Source of the DNA: Nitrospirota bacterium
GTDB taxonomy: Bacteria > Nitrospirota > JACRHJ01
Assembly (NCBI GenBank): GCA_963845245.1
Contig: CAWJRJ010000014.1
Span: 96,001-160,000, forward strand
DNA: 64,000 nt
Reading direction: 5' to 3'
A program made the translations under genes and the position numbers. Under the pieces are notes generated by a model. The model was not told the DNA's origin and did no database searches. It saw only the letters and a list, made by a program, of their open reading frames with translations. Positions 39,378 to 48,723 of this stretch are shown one piece after another; position 1 is the stretch's first letter, and each line of letters begins with the position of its first letter.

Positions 39378-39647
39378 ATGGCTCAGAGAATATTGAATGA
39401 TAAAGTCAACGTCCGCCACCTGAGGGGCTTTAGAAAAATCCAGCAGGAGGTACTGAGGGCGCTAAAGGCCGGCGTGTCTCCTAAGGAGTACAGGTCGGTT
39501 GCCGCCGCATACAAAGAGGCGGTGTCAGGCGAGAGGATGGTGCTTGGCATGGAAGGTACAGGACAGTCCGGGTGGCCGGACGAGATGGTGGTCCGGTGGG
39601 TGGACGAAGAAGACGAAGCCGGGGAGAACGCCGAAGATGCTTCGTGA
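39378..39647 (+). CDS. Hypothetical protein, putative small terminase subunit by position
   Basis: SD GGAGG; helical 89 aa directly upstream of and overlapping terL; ends in a short beta strand (MVVRWVD) and acidic tail. Confidence 0.5.
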   Translation: MAQRILNDKVNVRHLRGFRKIQQEVLRALKAGVSPKEYRSVAAAYKEAVSGERMVLGMEGTGQSGWPDEMVVRWVDEEDEAGENAEDAS

Positions 39648-40917
39648 GGTCGGCATCGCCTACAAGAAGCTCCCTTCTCAGCGCAGGTTCCACAGCTCCA
39701 GGGCAAAGTTCAAGGCATATGTCGGTGGCTATGGTTCCGGAAAGACATACGCTGGCTGCCACGAAGCGCTGAAGCTATCGCTTTTGAACCGTGGTCTGAC
39801 CGGCATGATGCTGGCGCCGACATACGGGATGCTGGAGGATTCAACGCTGCCAGCGTTTATGGAGATACTTGACAGGGCAGGGCTAAAGTATAAGTTCCGG
39901 ACGTCCGAAGGCCGGATGATCCTCCCTTGGGGCTCGAAGGTATTGTTCCGTTCCGCGGACAACCCTGCGAGGCTTAAAGGGCCGAACCTGGCCTGGGTCG
40001 GGATAGACGAGGGCGCTCTGATATCGAGGGCCGCGTGGGAGGTGGCTATATCGCGCATAAGGCACCCGGAGGCAAAGAAGCTCGCCGCATTCATCACCAC
40101 GACGCCGGAGGGTTTCAACTGGCTGTATGAGGAGTTTGTGGAGAAGGGCAGGCGTCGAGGGTACCAGGTCATATATGCCCGCACCAGCGAGAATACATAC
40201 CTGCCTGATGAATACGTGCAGGACCTTGAAGCGGCCTACGACCCCACGCTTGTCAGGCAGTACCTTATGGGTGAGTTTACAAATCCCGCCTCGGGCCGTG
40301 TCTATCACTCCTTTGACAGGGCCGTGCATGTCAGGCCGGGAATTACATATGACCCGGCAAGGCCGGTGTCCCTGGCAATAGATTTCAACGTCGACCCGTT
40401 GCACGCAGCAGTCATCCAGACGGAAAAAGGCACCGTGCTGGTTGTTGACGAGATTGTCCTGCCATCCTCAAACACTTATGAGCTTTGCAGGGAGACGAGG
40501 GAACGGTTCGGTGACGGGCATATAACAGCATATCCCGACCCGACAGGCCGTGCGAGAAAGACGGCAGGCTCATCGGATGCGCCTTCGGACTTCGCAATAC
40601 TCATGTCGCACGGGTTCGAGGTAAGGTCACACAGGTCTTCACCGGCCATAAGGGACAGGGTTAACGCGGTGAACAGGAAGCTACTGGGTGCCGAAGGGCA
40701 GGCGGGTCTGCTCATTAACGAACGCTGCCGAGAGACTATTCGCTCCTTCGAACAGACATGCTTCAAGCCCGGCAGCTCGATAATCGACAAGGCCGCAAGC
40801 ATGGAGCACATGACCGACGCCATAGGCTACTTCATCGAATACGAGTATCCTATCCGACCGCCGGTGCTGGTCGAATATCAGGGGCTTGGCCGTCGAAGTC
40901 ATAACAAGGGTTTTTAG
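39637..40917 (+). CDS. Phage terminase large subunit
   Basis: Walker A GGYGSGKT, LAPTY, RLKGPNL, Walker B GIDE, TTTPEG; nuclease motifs IDFN, YPDPTG, HMTDAIGY. Confidence 0.93.
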   Translation: MLREVGIAYKKLPSQRRFHSSRAKFKAYVGGYGSGKTYAGCHEALKLSLLNRGLTGMMLAPTYGMLEDSTLPAFMEILDRAGLKYKFRTSEGRMILPWGSKVLFRSADNPARLKGPNLAWVGIDEGALISRAAWEVAISRIRHPEAKKLAAFITTTPEGFNWLYEEFVEKGRRRGYQVIYARTSENTYLPDEYVQDLEAAYDPTLVRQYLMGEFTNPASGRVYHSFDRAVHVRPGITYDPARPVSLAIDFNVDPLHAAVIQTEKGTVLVVDEIVLPSSNTYELCRETRERFGDGHITAYPDPTGRARKTAGSSDAPSDFAILMSHGFEVRSHRSSPAIRDRVNAVNRKLLGAEGQAGLLINERCRETIRSFEQTCFKPGSSIIDKAASMEHMTDAIGYFIEYEYPIRPPVLVEYQGLGRRSHNKGF

Positions 40918-40943
40918 TAATTTTCAGCAATGGAGGAGGTCAT

Positions 40944-41855
40944 ATGACGGAACTGTCGGAGAGGTTGTGCTTTACACTCGACAACGAGCTTGTAGACATA
41001 CCGGAATTTGTGCAGGTGTTGCCTGCCGGTGAGGTGAAGCCCAGGGGGAAGACGAACTTCCTCGTGGACGAGGAGTCGCGCGGCCTACTTATGTCCGCGT
41101 TCGCCGGGAGCAGCAATGATCTGGTAATCGACTACGAGCACCAGAGCCTTTCGGGCTCGGAGGCCCCGGCCGCGGGCTGGATAAAGGATGTCGAGGACAG
41201 GGGCGCGGACGGCGTCTGGGCGAAGGTCCAGTGGACGGAGAGGGCGAAGGAATATCTTGCAAAACGCGAGTACCGCTACCTTTCGCCCGTGGTGCTCATA
41301 CGGAAGAAAGACGGCAGGGCGGTTGAGCTGTTGGGCGCGGGGCTTACAAACCTGCCCGCCATCGACGGCATGACGCCGGTTGTAAACACAAGCCGGCCGG
41401 GCTTGGGGGAGGAGGTGAATGAGATGGAAGAGGATTACAAACAGCTCTATCTGAACGTGCTTGGGTTGTTCGGCCTACCGGATGATTCCGGGTTTGAAGA
41501 GGTCAAGGCGAAGGTAGATTCTATCGCAACGCCCAAGGGTTTCGTTGCGGAAGAGGAATACGTAGCTCTCAAAGAGACTTTAAAGATGCGCGAGACGGAC
41601 ATGCTCATAAAGGAAGCGCTTTCAAACGGCAGGCTCACCCCATCACTCACGGGCTGGGCGAAAGCATACGCCACGAAGGACATGGATGGTTTCAGGGATT
41701 TCATCGGCCGTGCGATGCCGGTTGTGCCACTTGGAATCAGCGATCTAAGGCATGCCGCACCGCTTGAACACACGCAGACCCAGGTGAACAGGCTTCTCGG
41801 CATAACCGATGAGTCGTTCATCCGCTTTTCCGATATGGCCGTACAGACGAGGTGA
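40944..41855 (+). CDS. Mu-like prohead protease I with C-terminal scaffold region
   Basis: LVIDYEHQ, APAAGWI, VQWTERA, EYRYLSPV, GLTNLPAIDGM. Confidence 0.92.
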   Translation: MTELSERLCFTLDNELVDIPEFVQVLPAGEVKPRGKTNFLVDEESRGLLMSAFAGSSNDLVIDYEHQSLSGSEAPAAGWIKDVEDRGADGVWAKVQWTERAKEYLAKREYRYLSPVVLIRKKDGRAVELLGAGLTNLPAIDGMTPVVNTSRPGLGEEVNEMEEDYKQLYLNVLGLFGLPDDSGFEEVKAKVDSIATPKGFVAEEEYVALKETLKMRETDMLIKEALSNGRLTPSLTGWAKAYATKDMDGFRDFIGRAMPVVPLGISDLRHAAPLEHTQTQVNRLLGITDESFIRFSDMAVQTR

Positions 41856-42943
41856 TGATGGCAGAGATGAAGAAAACGCCCGTGACAAGGGAGATAGCGG
41901 CTGCATCTATACGCGACCGTTGGTCGGGTTACCCTTCCGCAGGCCTGACTCCAAGGCGGCTGGCCGCTATACTGCGAGAGGCCGACGTTGGGGACCCGCT
42001 CCGGCAGATGGAGCTTTTCTCCGAGATGGAGGAAAAGGATGCCCACCTGTATTCCTGTTTGCAGACGAGGAAGCTTTCCGTATCCGGACTTGACTGGGAT
42101 GTCATCCACAAAGGGACGGGGTCTGGTGGGCAAGATGTTGCGGATTTTGCAAAAGAGGCTTTGGGCGGAATAGATAATTTTGAGGAAGCGTTACTGGACC
42201 TGCTTGATGCAGTTGGTAAGGGTTACTCCATATCAGAGATTATGTGGGCGTACCGGGACGGGAGTGTCGTACCGTCGGCGCTTAAGAAACGGCAGCAGAA
42301 GAGGTTCACGTTCATGGAGAAAGACGGCGTATCCGAAAGGCCGCGCCTGCTTACTACTGGTGAACCCGTATACGGTATCCCGCTCTTACCCGACAAGTTC
42401 ATAGTCCACGTATACAGAGCTGGCTCTGACCTGCCCGAGCGCGGCGGACTGTTAAGGGTGCTGGCCTGGATATACCTTTTCAAGAACTATGCGCTCAAGG
42501 ACTGGGTCTCGTTCTGCGAGGTGTTCGGTATGCCGCTTAGGCTTGGGATATACTCGCCAACCGCATCCAAGGAGGATAGGGAGTCGCTGGTCCAGGCTGT
42601 GACCCAACTCGGTAGCGATGCAGCGGGTGTAATATCCGAGAGCACCAGGATCGAGTTCGTCGAGGCAGCGCAAAAAAGCGGTGCGCCATACAAGGACCTT
42701 ATAGAGCTTCTTAACAAAGAGATATCAAAGGCCGCCCTGGGCCAGACCTTGACGACAGACGTGGGCGATAAGGGGAGCTACGCGGCAGGGGTAGTCCATG
42801 ACGGAGTCCGGGCGGACATAATGCGCGCCGATGCCCGTGCACTTGAGCGGACCATCAACCGCGATCTCGTCAGGCCGCTTGTGTTGTTTAATTTCGGTCC
42901 CGGCATAAAACCGCCGGTATTCAAATTCATATTCAGGCAGTAA
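41852..42943 (+). CDS. Mu gp29-like portal protein (DUF935), short C-terminus
   Basis: EMEEKDAHL, LLDAVGKGYS, GLLR..W.YLFKN..W..F.EVFGMP.RLG.Y, ISKAALGQTLT, GSYAAG.VH. Confidence 0.92.
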   Translation: MMMAEMKKTPVTREIAAASIRDRWSGYPSAGLTPRRLAAILREADVGDPLRQMELFSEMEEKDAHLYSCLQTRKLSVSGLDWDVIHKGTGSGGQDVADFAKEALGGIDNFEEALLDLLDAVGKGYSISEIMWAYRDGSVVPSALKKRQQKRFTFMEKDGVSERPRLLTTGEPVYGIPLLPDKFIVHVYRAGSDLPERGGLLRVLAWIYLFKNYALKDWVSFCEVFGMPLRLGIYSPTASKEDRESLVQAVTQLGSDAAGVISESTRIEFVEAAQKSGAPYKDLIELLNKEISKAALGQTLTTDVGDKGSYAAGVVHDGVRADIMRADARALERTINRDLVRPLVLFNFGPGIKPPVFKFIFRQ

Positions 42944-42963
42944 ATATCAAAAGGAGGTAGAAG

Positions 42964-43368
42964 ATGTCAGCACTTACAAAGGACAGGAACACGGTCAGGA
43001 AGGAAGGGGACTACGCCGCATATCAGCTCAAGGCGAACGCGAAGATATTTGCAGGAAGCCAGGTGTGCATAGACTCGACGGGCTATGCCGTACCGGGCTC
43101 AGACACCGCTGGTCTGAAGTTCGTGGGAATAAGCCGTGGTTATGCAGACAATACCGGCGGGGCCAACGGGGACCTGAGCATAGAGGTTTGGAGGCGCGGC
43201 TCATTTGAACTGGCAGCAACAGGCATGACAAAGGGTAACGTTGGGGACAACGTGTTTGTGGTCGACGACCAGACAGTTGGCCTAGCCGCAATCACCACCA
43301 ACGACGTGCCATGCGGGAAGATATCCGAGTACAACTCGGCTACCAGCGTATATGTCAGCATAGACTGA
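42964..43368 (+). CDS. Capsid cement/decoration-like protein of Mu-like phages
   Basis: ALTKDRNT..KIFAG..GYAVPG..ADNTGGANG..VDDQTV; located just before the major capsid gene. Confidence 0.75.
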   Translation: MSALTKDRNTVRKEGDYAAYQLKANAKIFAGSQVCIDSTGYAVPGSDTAGLKFVGISRGYADNTGGANGDLSIEVWRRGSFELAATGMTKGNVGDNVFVVDDQTVGLAAITTNDVPCGKISEYNSATSVYVSID

Positions 43369-43391
43369 ACCAATTAAAAGGAGAACTGAAG

Positions 43392-44282
43392 ATGATAATA
43401 AACCAGGCTAACCTTTCATCCCTTTACAAGGGCTTTTCGTCCATATTCAAGGAGGTCTTCGACACTGCATCCGCCCTCTATCCGCGCCTTGCCACAGAGG
43501 TGCCCTCGACATCGAGACAGGAAGAATACAAGTGGTTGGGGCGTGTACCAAGGATGCGCGAATGGCTGGGCGAACGGGTTATACAGAACCTGTCCGCGTA
43601 TTCATACACCATCAAAAACCTGGATTGGGAGGCGACGGTAGCTGTAGACAGAAATGATGTTGAGGACGATGCGGTAGGTATATACACGCCGATGGTCAGG
43701 GCGCTTGCGGATGCTGCCGCGACACACCCGGACGAACTGGTATTCGACCTTCTGGCGGGAGGATTTACAAACGTCTCATATGACGGAAGGCCGTTCTTCG
43801 ACATTGCGCACACGACTGGCAGCGGGCCAGCCCAGTCAAATAAAAGTAATGCGGTCCTTTCTACAGCCAGCTACGCAGCTGCGCGGGCAGCTATGATGTC
43901 GCTGGTGGACGAGAACGGAAAGCCTCTCAACGTTGTTCCTGACCTCCTGGTCGTGCCGCCCCAGCTTGAGAAGGCCGCGCTCGAGATCTTGCGTGCGGAT
44001 CTGGATGTCAACGGCTCTTCGAATATATACAAGGACTCGGTCGACCTTGTGGTCGCTCCGTACCTCGCAGGGCATCCTACGGCCTGGTACCTGCTCGACA
44101 CCAAGAAGCCGGTCAAGACGTTCATATTCCAGAGGCGTAAGGCACCGGTATTCGTGGCGAAGGACTCGCCCGATGACGAGAATGTGTTCATGAAGAAGGA
44201 GTTCCTCTTCGGCGTGGACTCAAGAGACAACGCGGGCTACGGCCTCTGGCAGCTTGCATACGGCAGCGACGGCACGGTCTAA
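43392..44282 (+). CDS. Mu gpT-like major capsid protein
   Basis: YKWLG..P.MREWLGER, WEATV.V.RNDVEDD, YDGRPFFD..H, LLVVPPQLE, YGLWQLAYGS. Confidence 0.95.
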   Translation: MIINQANLSSLYKGFSSIFKEVFDTASALYPRLATEVPSTSRQEEYKWLGRVPRMREWLGERVIQNLSAYSYTIKNLDWEATVAVDRNDVEDDAVGIYTPMVRALADAAATHPDELVFDLLAGGFTNVSYDGRPFFDIAHTTGSGPAQSNKSNAVLSTASYAAARAAMMSLVDENGKPLNVVPDLLVVPPQLEKAALEILRADLDVNGSSNIYKDSVDLVVAPYLAGHPTAWYLLDTKKPVKTFIFQRRKAPVFVAKDSPDDENVFMKKEFLFGVDSRDNAGYGLWQLAYGSDGTV

Positions 44283-44299
44283 ACGCAAAAGGTGATCAT

Positions 44300-44698
44300 A
44301 TGTACATTGCCGTTTCTGAAATCAGTATATCTGACCAGTTGTTGATAAAGTTGACAGATGACGAAGGGGCTGGTGCAATAAATACCTCCCGGGCAGAGTC
44401 TGCCATAATCGCGGCACAAGCCATCGTAGATGCTGCCCTGTCAAGGACTTACAGCGTGCCGTTTTCAGATCCTCCTGAAATAATAAAGAGACTGACTGAG
44501 GATATCGCGGTTTACAGGCTATACCAGAGAGCCGGCATCCTGACAGATGAGCAAAGATCGGTCTACGATAATGCGATGGCAGTACTCGATAAGGCTGTAA
44601 GGGGCGAAGTCATAATCGGCTCATACGCGCCTGGTAGCAGTCCTGAGTTCTCGTGTCAGGAGAGAGAATTCACGCGCGAGTACATGGAGGGTCTTTGA
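44300..44698 (+). CDS. Mu gp36-like head-tail adaptor (DUF1320)
   Basis: LIKLTDD..AI..A..IVD..L...YSVP..P..I..L..DIAVYRLY..YDNA...L. Confidence 0.85.
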   Translation: MYIAVSEISISDQLLIKLTDDEGAGAINTSRAESAIIAAQAIVDAALSRTYSVPFSDPPEIIKRLTEDIAVYRLYQRAGILTDEQRSVYDNAMAVLDKAVRGEVIIGSYAPGSSPEFSCQEREFTREYMEGL

Positions 44699-45117
44699 TG
44701 GCTGAATTCTTGATGAACCTTGGCCTTGACGGTCTTGCCCCCGGTCTTTCTGGACTTGCAGACAGGCTCTCTAACCTCTCCCCGGCCCTTGACAGGGCCG
44801 GGGAGGTCATGCATACGTCAATTATGACTAACTTCGCTTCACAAGGGCGGCCACAAGCATGGGAGATATTGAAGCCTGAGACTGTCGAAAGAAAAGGGCA
44901 TGACAGAATACTGTTTGAAACCGGACGCCTTATGGGTTCGATTTTATGCAGAGCATCAGAGGATAGCCTGAGAATAACCGCGGATGTCCCATATGCGCAG
45001 CCGCTTCAGCATGGGACAGGTTCAGCAGGGATGCCAGCAAGGCCGTTCCTGATATTTCAGGACGGAGACTTAAACACGATAACCTCGTTGATTGAAACAT
45101 ACATTGTAACCGGCTAA
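44698..45117 (+). CDS. Phage virion morphogenesis protein (Mu gpG-like)
   Basis: NF..QGRP..W..LKPET..RK..IL..TGRL..SI..PYA..LQHG..MPARPFL. Confidence 0.85.
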   Translation: MAEFLMNLGLDGLAPGLSGLADRLSNLSPALDRAGEVMHTSIMTNFASQGRPQAWEILKPETVERKGHDRILFETGRLMGSILCRASEDSLRITADVPYAQPLQHGTGSAGMPARPFLIFQDGDLNTITSLIETYIVTG

Positions 45118-45129
45118 AGAAGGTAAAGC

Positions 45130-45573
45130 ATGCCTGACTACTACAAGAAAAGCGAGATTGAAACAGCAATACTTATTGCTTTAAGCCCGCTCGTTGTAAA
45201 AAATGGAGGGTATCTGATTGAGCTTGATGTATACAAGGGCGAGTTGTCGGCATCAGGAGTATTTAAAGAATCGGTCAGGACGCCATCGGTATTCCTTGCA
45301 TATTCTGGCTCCACCTATGGCACAGGCAATTATTTGCATGCAGAAGAAACCATAACATATAACCTCGTTGCTCTTTGCAGGACCGGTGCAACGCCTGATG
45401 CCTGCACGGTGCTTGAGAATGTCAGAGATCATCTCTGTGGAAACAGTATGGGGCTTGACATAAAACCTCTAAAACTTCTGCGAGAATATTCCGTGGGCGT
45501 CACGAAAGAGCTTACAACTTTGTCGGCAGTATATTCGGTCACTCAGAAGGTGTACATGCCATTACAGGCGTGA
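45130..45573 (+). CDS. Mu gp37-like (DUF1834) tail-completion protein
   Basis: IE.AI...L, Y.GEL, P.V.LAY.G, L..VR..L.G..GL.I.PL; position after the adaptor. Confidence 0.65.
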   Translation: MPDYYKKSEIETAILIALSPLVVKNGGYLIELDVYKGELSASGVFKESVRTPSVFLAYSGSTYGTGNYLHAEETITYNLVALCRTGATPDACTVLENVRDHLCGNSMGLDIKPLKLLREYSVGVTKELTTLSAVYSVTQKVYMPLQA

Positions 45574-45589
45574 AAGAACGGAGTTCAAA

Positions 45590-45757
45590 ATGGATGCAGT
45601 AACAGGACTTACCATAACGGTAAGAGTTGATACCACTTCCGCAAGGCAGGATGTGTACGAATTTCAGAGATATGCTTTGCAGGTACTTGAGGATATAAGA
45701 GCGGCGTATGCCGCTACGGAGCAGGACCTTTTCTCAGGGTTAAGGAGGAGCGTCTAG
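45590..45757 (+). CDS. 55-aa ORF resembling a tape-measure N-terminus (absent from the ORF track)
   Basis: SD GGAG; MDAVTGLTITVRVDTTSARQDVYEFQRYALQVLEDIRAAYAATEQDLFSGLRRSV; its TAG abuts the next ATG. Confidence 0.6.
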   Translation: MDAVTGLTITVRVDTTSARQDVYEFQRYALQVLEDIRAAYAATEQDLFSGLRRSV

Positions 45758-46177
45758 ATGGGGCAGGCAACTTTCATGGTTTCCGGGGCTGCATCCTTGG
45801 TATTCTCTGTAAACCCTGTCTACCCAGGCAAGACAACGATTTTTTCCGGGTCGGTTTCAGGTCAAACCGAGGGTGGAGACGAATATGTATACCGCAAAGG
45901 CAATCCATATGTCCTGATAGAGCTCAGGTTTGAAGGTCTGTCAGCAAACGTTTTTGACGGTGGATTTGATTATGCTACAAAGAGTCAGAATGTGGGCACG
46001 CAGTGCATAGTGAACTGGTATCTTAATGTCTCTGGTGGCAGCCGGGAGCACTTTACTTACAGGGACCCATTTGGAGTTGACCACTCCGTAACCATTTATG
46101 GAGACCATATTGATTTTGCACTTACTGATTATGGCCTTTATAGTGGACAGATTTTGTTAAAGAAAAAATTGGACTGA
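45758..46177 (+). CDS. Hypothetical beta-rich virion protein (distal-tail-like by position)
   Basis: SD AAGGAGG; beta-rich; F-T-Y-x-D-P-x-G pattern; in operon. Confidence 0.55.
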   Translation: MGQATFMVSGAASLVFSVNPVYPGKTTIFSGSVSGQTEGGDEYVYRKGNPYVLIELRFEGLSANVFDGGFDYATKSQNVGTQCIVNWYLNVSGGSREHFTYRDPFGVDHSVTIYGDHIDFALTDYGLYSGQILLKKKLD

Positions 46178-46178
46178 T

Positions 46179-48722
46179 ATGAAAACTCTTAGCGAGAACT
46201 TTACAACCAAAAAGAACAGCAAGACAGCTTGCCCGTTGATACTTGCGGTTTTTCATTTTAATGCTGGCGACGTGTTTGTGTCAGACCGCACTATTACGGC
46301 TGGAAGCGGGAGTCCGGTATTTAATGGCCTGGTGACATCATGGGGTGTACTTACAAATCCTGCGAGAGGACCTTTTGCGGTTTCCATGCCGGAAATAGCT
46401 ATTGAAATTTCGAATGCCGGTATGCCATCTTTCATGTCCCACCTCGAGAATGGAATTGCCGAGGATACAGAAGTAGAGCTTTTTCTCTGGTTTGATGGAT
46501 TAACGTACAACGAAAAGGAACCTTTAGGCAGGTTTGCCATAACTTCTCCAGTAACCTATGGTTACGATAAGGTATCACTTGTACTTGTAAGTGCATTCCT
46601 CAAGAGAAACAGGGTATTAGGCACAAAGATAAGCCGTGAAGATTACCCCAATGCCGACCCGGATGCCGTGGGAAAGACAGAGAGAATAATATATGGGCAG
46701 GCAAAAAATGTAAAGTGTCTTCCAGTTGTGGCAGGCGCTTGCACCACCCTTGTCGCTGATGTTACAGATATTCAAACTGCCGGTATAGAGTTAAGCATTT
46801 TGCCGGACGGGATTTCATTTCCTGTAGCTGGAGTTATTCAGGCAGGCAATGAAAAAATTTCCTATTCAGGTATATCGAACAGGGTGCTCACGGGGGTGTC
46901 TAGGGGGGCCTCGGGCACGACTCCTGCCAAGCATAACAAAGGATCAGTTGTTTTCGAGCCAAGGACCGATTTTACTTATCAGGTTGCTGGACATCCGGTA
47001 AAAAGCATTGGAGATGTTTTCGTGGGTGGGATCCGGATTGCATCGGGAGTGACAAAGCAGGCGAACGCGAACGGTAAAGCGAACGTGATTATCAACAGTA
47101 AATTCACGATAGAAAAGTCCGTTTCACTTAGCGTGAGCGAAGGCAGCCACTCGCACCAGAATGAGTCATGGAGCGGCCAAGGGACAAGGACGACGGCAAG
47201 CCGCTGGACGGCTTCAACAAACCCAAACTGGACCGTGAACGAGCATACCGGTAAAGCTTTCAAGGATACATCAGGGTATTATTTTTTCATTACCACAAAT
47301 GGATCAAACTACCTGGACGTCGTGAGTGTAGAGGGCCGTTCCATGTCGACCGGCACTTACGAAGGCTGTATTATGCGTACCCAGCTTGAAAATATCCACC
47401 AAGATACTGTCGTTGCGATATACAGCGCACCTAGCTCAGGTACAGCCAATGCCCTCTGTGATGGTACGTTCAACGACATGTGCAATATAATAGCTTCGAC
47501 AGGGTATGTCGATACAAAACGAGGCGCTGCGTTATCCGACCTGGGCAGTATTGTAGGCGCAAAACTATGTTCCATGCGTGGTAACTCCACCTACAGCGGT
47601 ACCGGTAAAAGCACTATTTCTGGCGGAATATTCAACGGTCTCTACAGCCAGGGAGGGGGTGCTACTGCTCAAGCTTACAAGGTAAACCTTTCAAGAAATG
47701 TGGCTGGTGCGGTGCCTTGGAGCACTTTTGAAGGCATGACAATAAGAGACACTTTTGTTTCCGGTACTTCCGCAGCAAGCTGTTCCGAACAGTGGATCGA
47801 GGTTTATTACATACCGTACGGTGGTGGGATTTCTCCAGCGACTGGCGTAGCGCTTTCAGGTAATTCTACAGCTGACATAATAGTGGGAGGAGATATTACC
47901 TGTGACGTTGAAGGTTTTCAGGACGATGTTTACGGCACTTATACAGGAGTACCCAATTCGGTTATCCAAAACCCTTCAGATGTGATAAGGCATTTCATGA
48001 CAAGCTTTATGGATGTACCTCTTGCAGAGGTCGGCACCTCCTTTTTTACAGTCCGTGACAACCTCGCAGCGGCTGTTACAAGTGGATATCAGTTTGCTGG
48101 TGTAGTTGAAAGTCCGGTTGAAGCGCTGGACATTCTGGAGGATATGTGCTCGCAGTCAAGAATAATTATTGCACATAACGGGTATGCCGCAAAACTAGCA
48201 TTCTTGACGAATGCATCGACAGGAATTGGCAAGACAGTTTTGATGGATCAGGTGAAAAAATCCAGTTTGATGGTATCGCGGACGAGAAGTGAGGAACTGA
48301 TTAACAAGTTGGAAATACATTACAAAAAAGACAACTCAAGAGAAGGTAATGCAAAGTTTTTGGAGGTTGCCGCAAGCTCTGCCGCATACCCTGCTGGAGG
48401 TGATCCTGGCTCAATAGCGGCGTATGGTCTTAGGAATCCCAAAAAAGAGTATACTTTTTGGCTTGTGAACGCACAGCCGGTGGCAACTGACTTGAGGGAT
48501 TTCTACATTACACGTTTCAAAGACAGAAAAAGACGTGTAACGTTTGCGACATTTCTCGATGTATTCGAACTTGAAGAAGGTGACGTAATCGGGTTTGATT
48601 ATTCAACTCCTGAGATAGATTTGAGTGGTGTCAAGTTTATTGTGGAGAAGGTATCCTTTTGTCCTGGTAGCATGGCGAAGTGCCGATTGGATGAGATCCA
48701 TATTCAAGCATTGGAGATATAA
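46179..48722 (+). CDS. Large tail-tip / baseplate hub-like structural protein
   Basis: 847 aa, Ser/Thr/Gly-rich beta central region; IIYG, NPSDVIR, INKLEIHY, SIAAYGLR and LEEGDVI resemble hub/tip proteins. Confidence 0.6.
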   Translation: MKTLSENFTTKKNSKTACPLILAVFHFNAGDVFVSDRTITAGSGSPVFNGLVTSWGVLTNPARGPFAVSMPEIAIEISNAGMPSFMSHLENGIAEDTEVELFLWFDGLTYNEKEPLGRFAITSPVTYGYDKVSLVLVSAFLKRNRVLGTKISREDYPNADPDAVGKTERIIYGQAKNVKCLPVVAGACTTLVADVTDIQTAGIELSILPDGISFPVAGVIQAGNEKISYSGISNRVLTGVSRGASGTTPAKHNKGSVVFEPRTDFTYQVAGHPVKSIGDVFVGGIRIASGVTKQANANGKANVIINSKFTIEKSVSLSVSEGSHSHQNESWSGQGTRTTASRWTASTNPNWTVNEHTGKAFKDTSGYYFFITTNGSNYLDVVSVEGRSMSTGTYEGCIMRTQLENIHQDTVVAIYSAPSSGTANALCDGTFNDMCNIIASTGYVDTKRGAALSDLGSIVGAKLCSMRGNSTYSGTGKSTISGGIFNGLYSQGGGATAQAYKVNLSRNVAGAVPWSTFEGMTIRDTFVSGTSAASCSEQWIEVYYIPYGGGISPATGVALSGNSTADIIVGGDITCDVEGFQDDVYGTYTGVPNSVIQNPSDVIRHFMTSFMDVPLAEVGTSFFTVRDNLAAAVTSGYQFAGVVESPVEALDILEDMCSQSRIIIAHNGYAAKLAFLTNASTGIGKTVLMDQVKKSSLMVSRTRSEELINKLEIHYKKDNSREGNAKFLEVAASSAAYPAGGDPGSIAAYGLRNPKKEYTFWLVNAQPVATDLRDFYITRFKDRKRRVTFATFLDVFELEEGDVIGFDYSTPEIDLSGVKFIVEKVSFCPGSMAKCRLDEIHIQALEI

Positions 48723-48723
48723 A

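Noticed and set aside
42964..44282. Encapsulin, tailocin or contractile injection system
   Set aside because: Portal and terminase imply DNA packaging rather than an encapsulin; there is no sheath or tube for a tailocin/eCIS.
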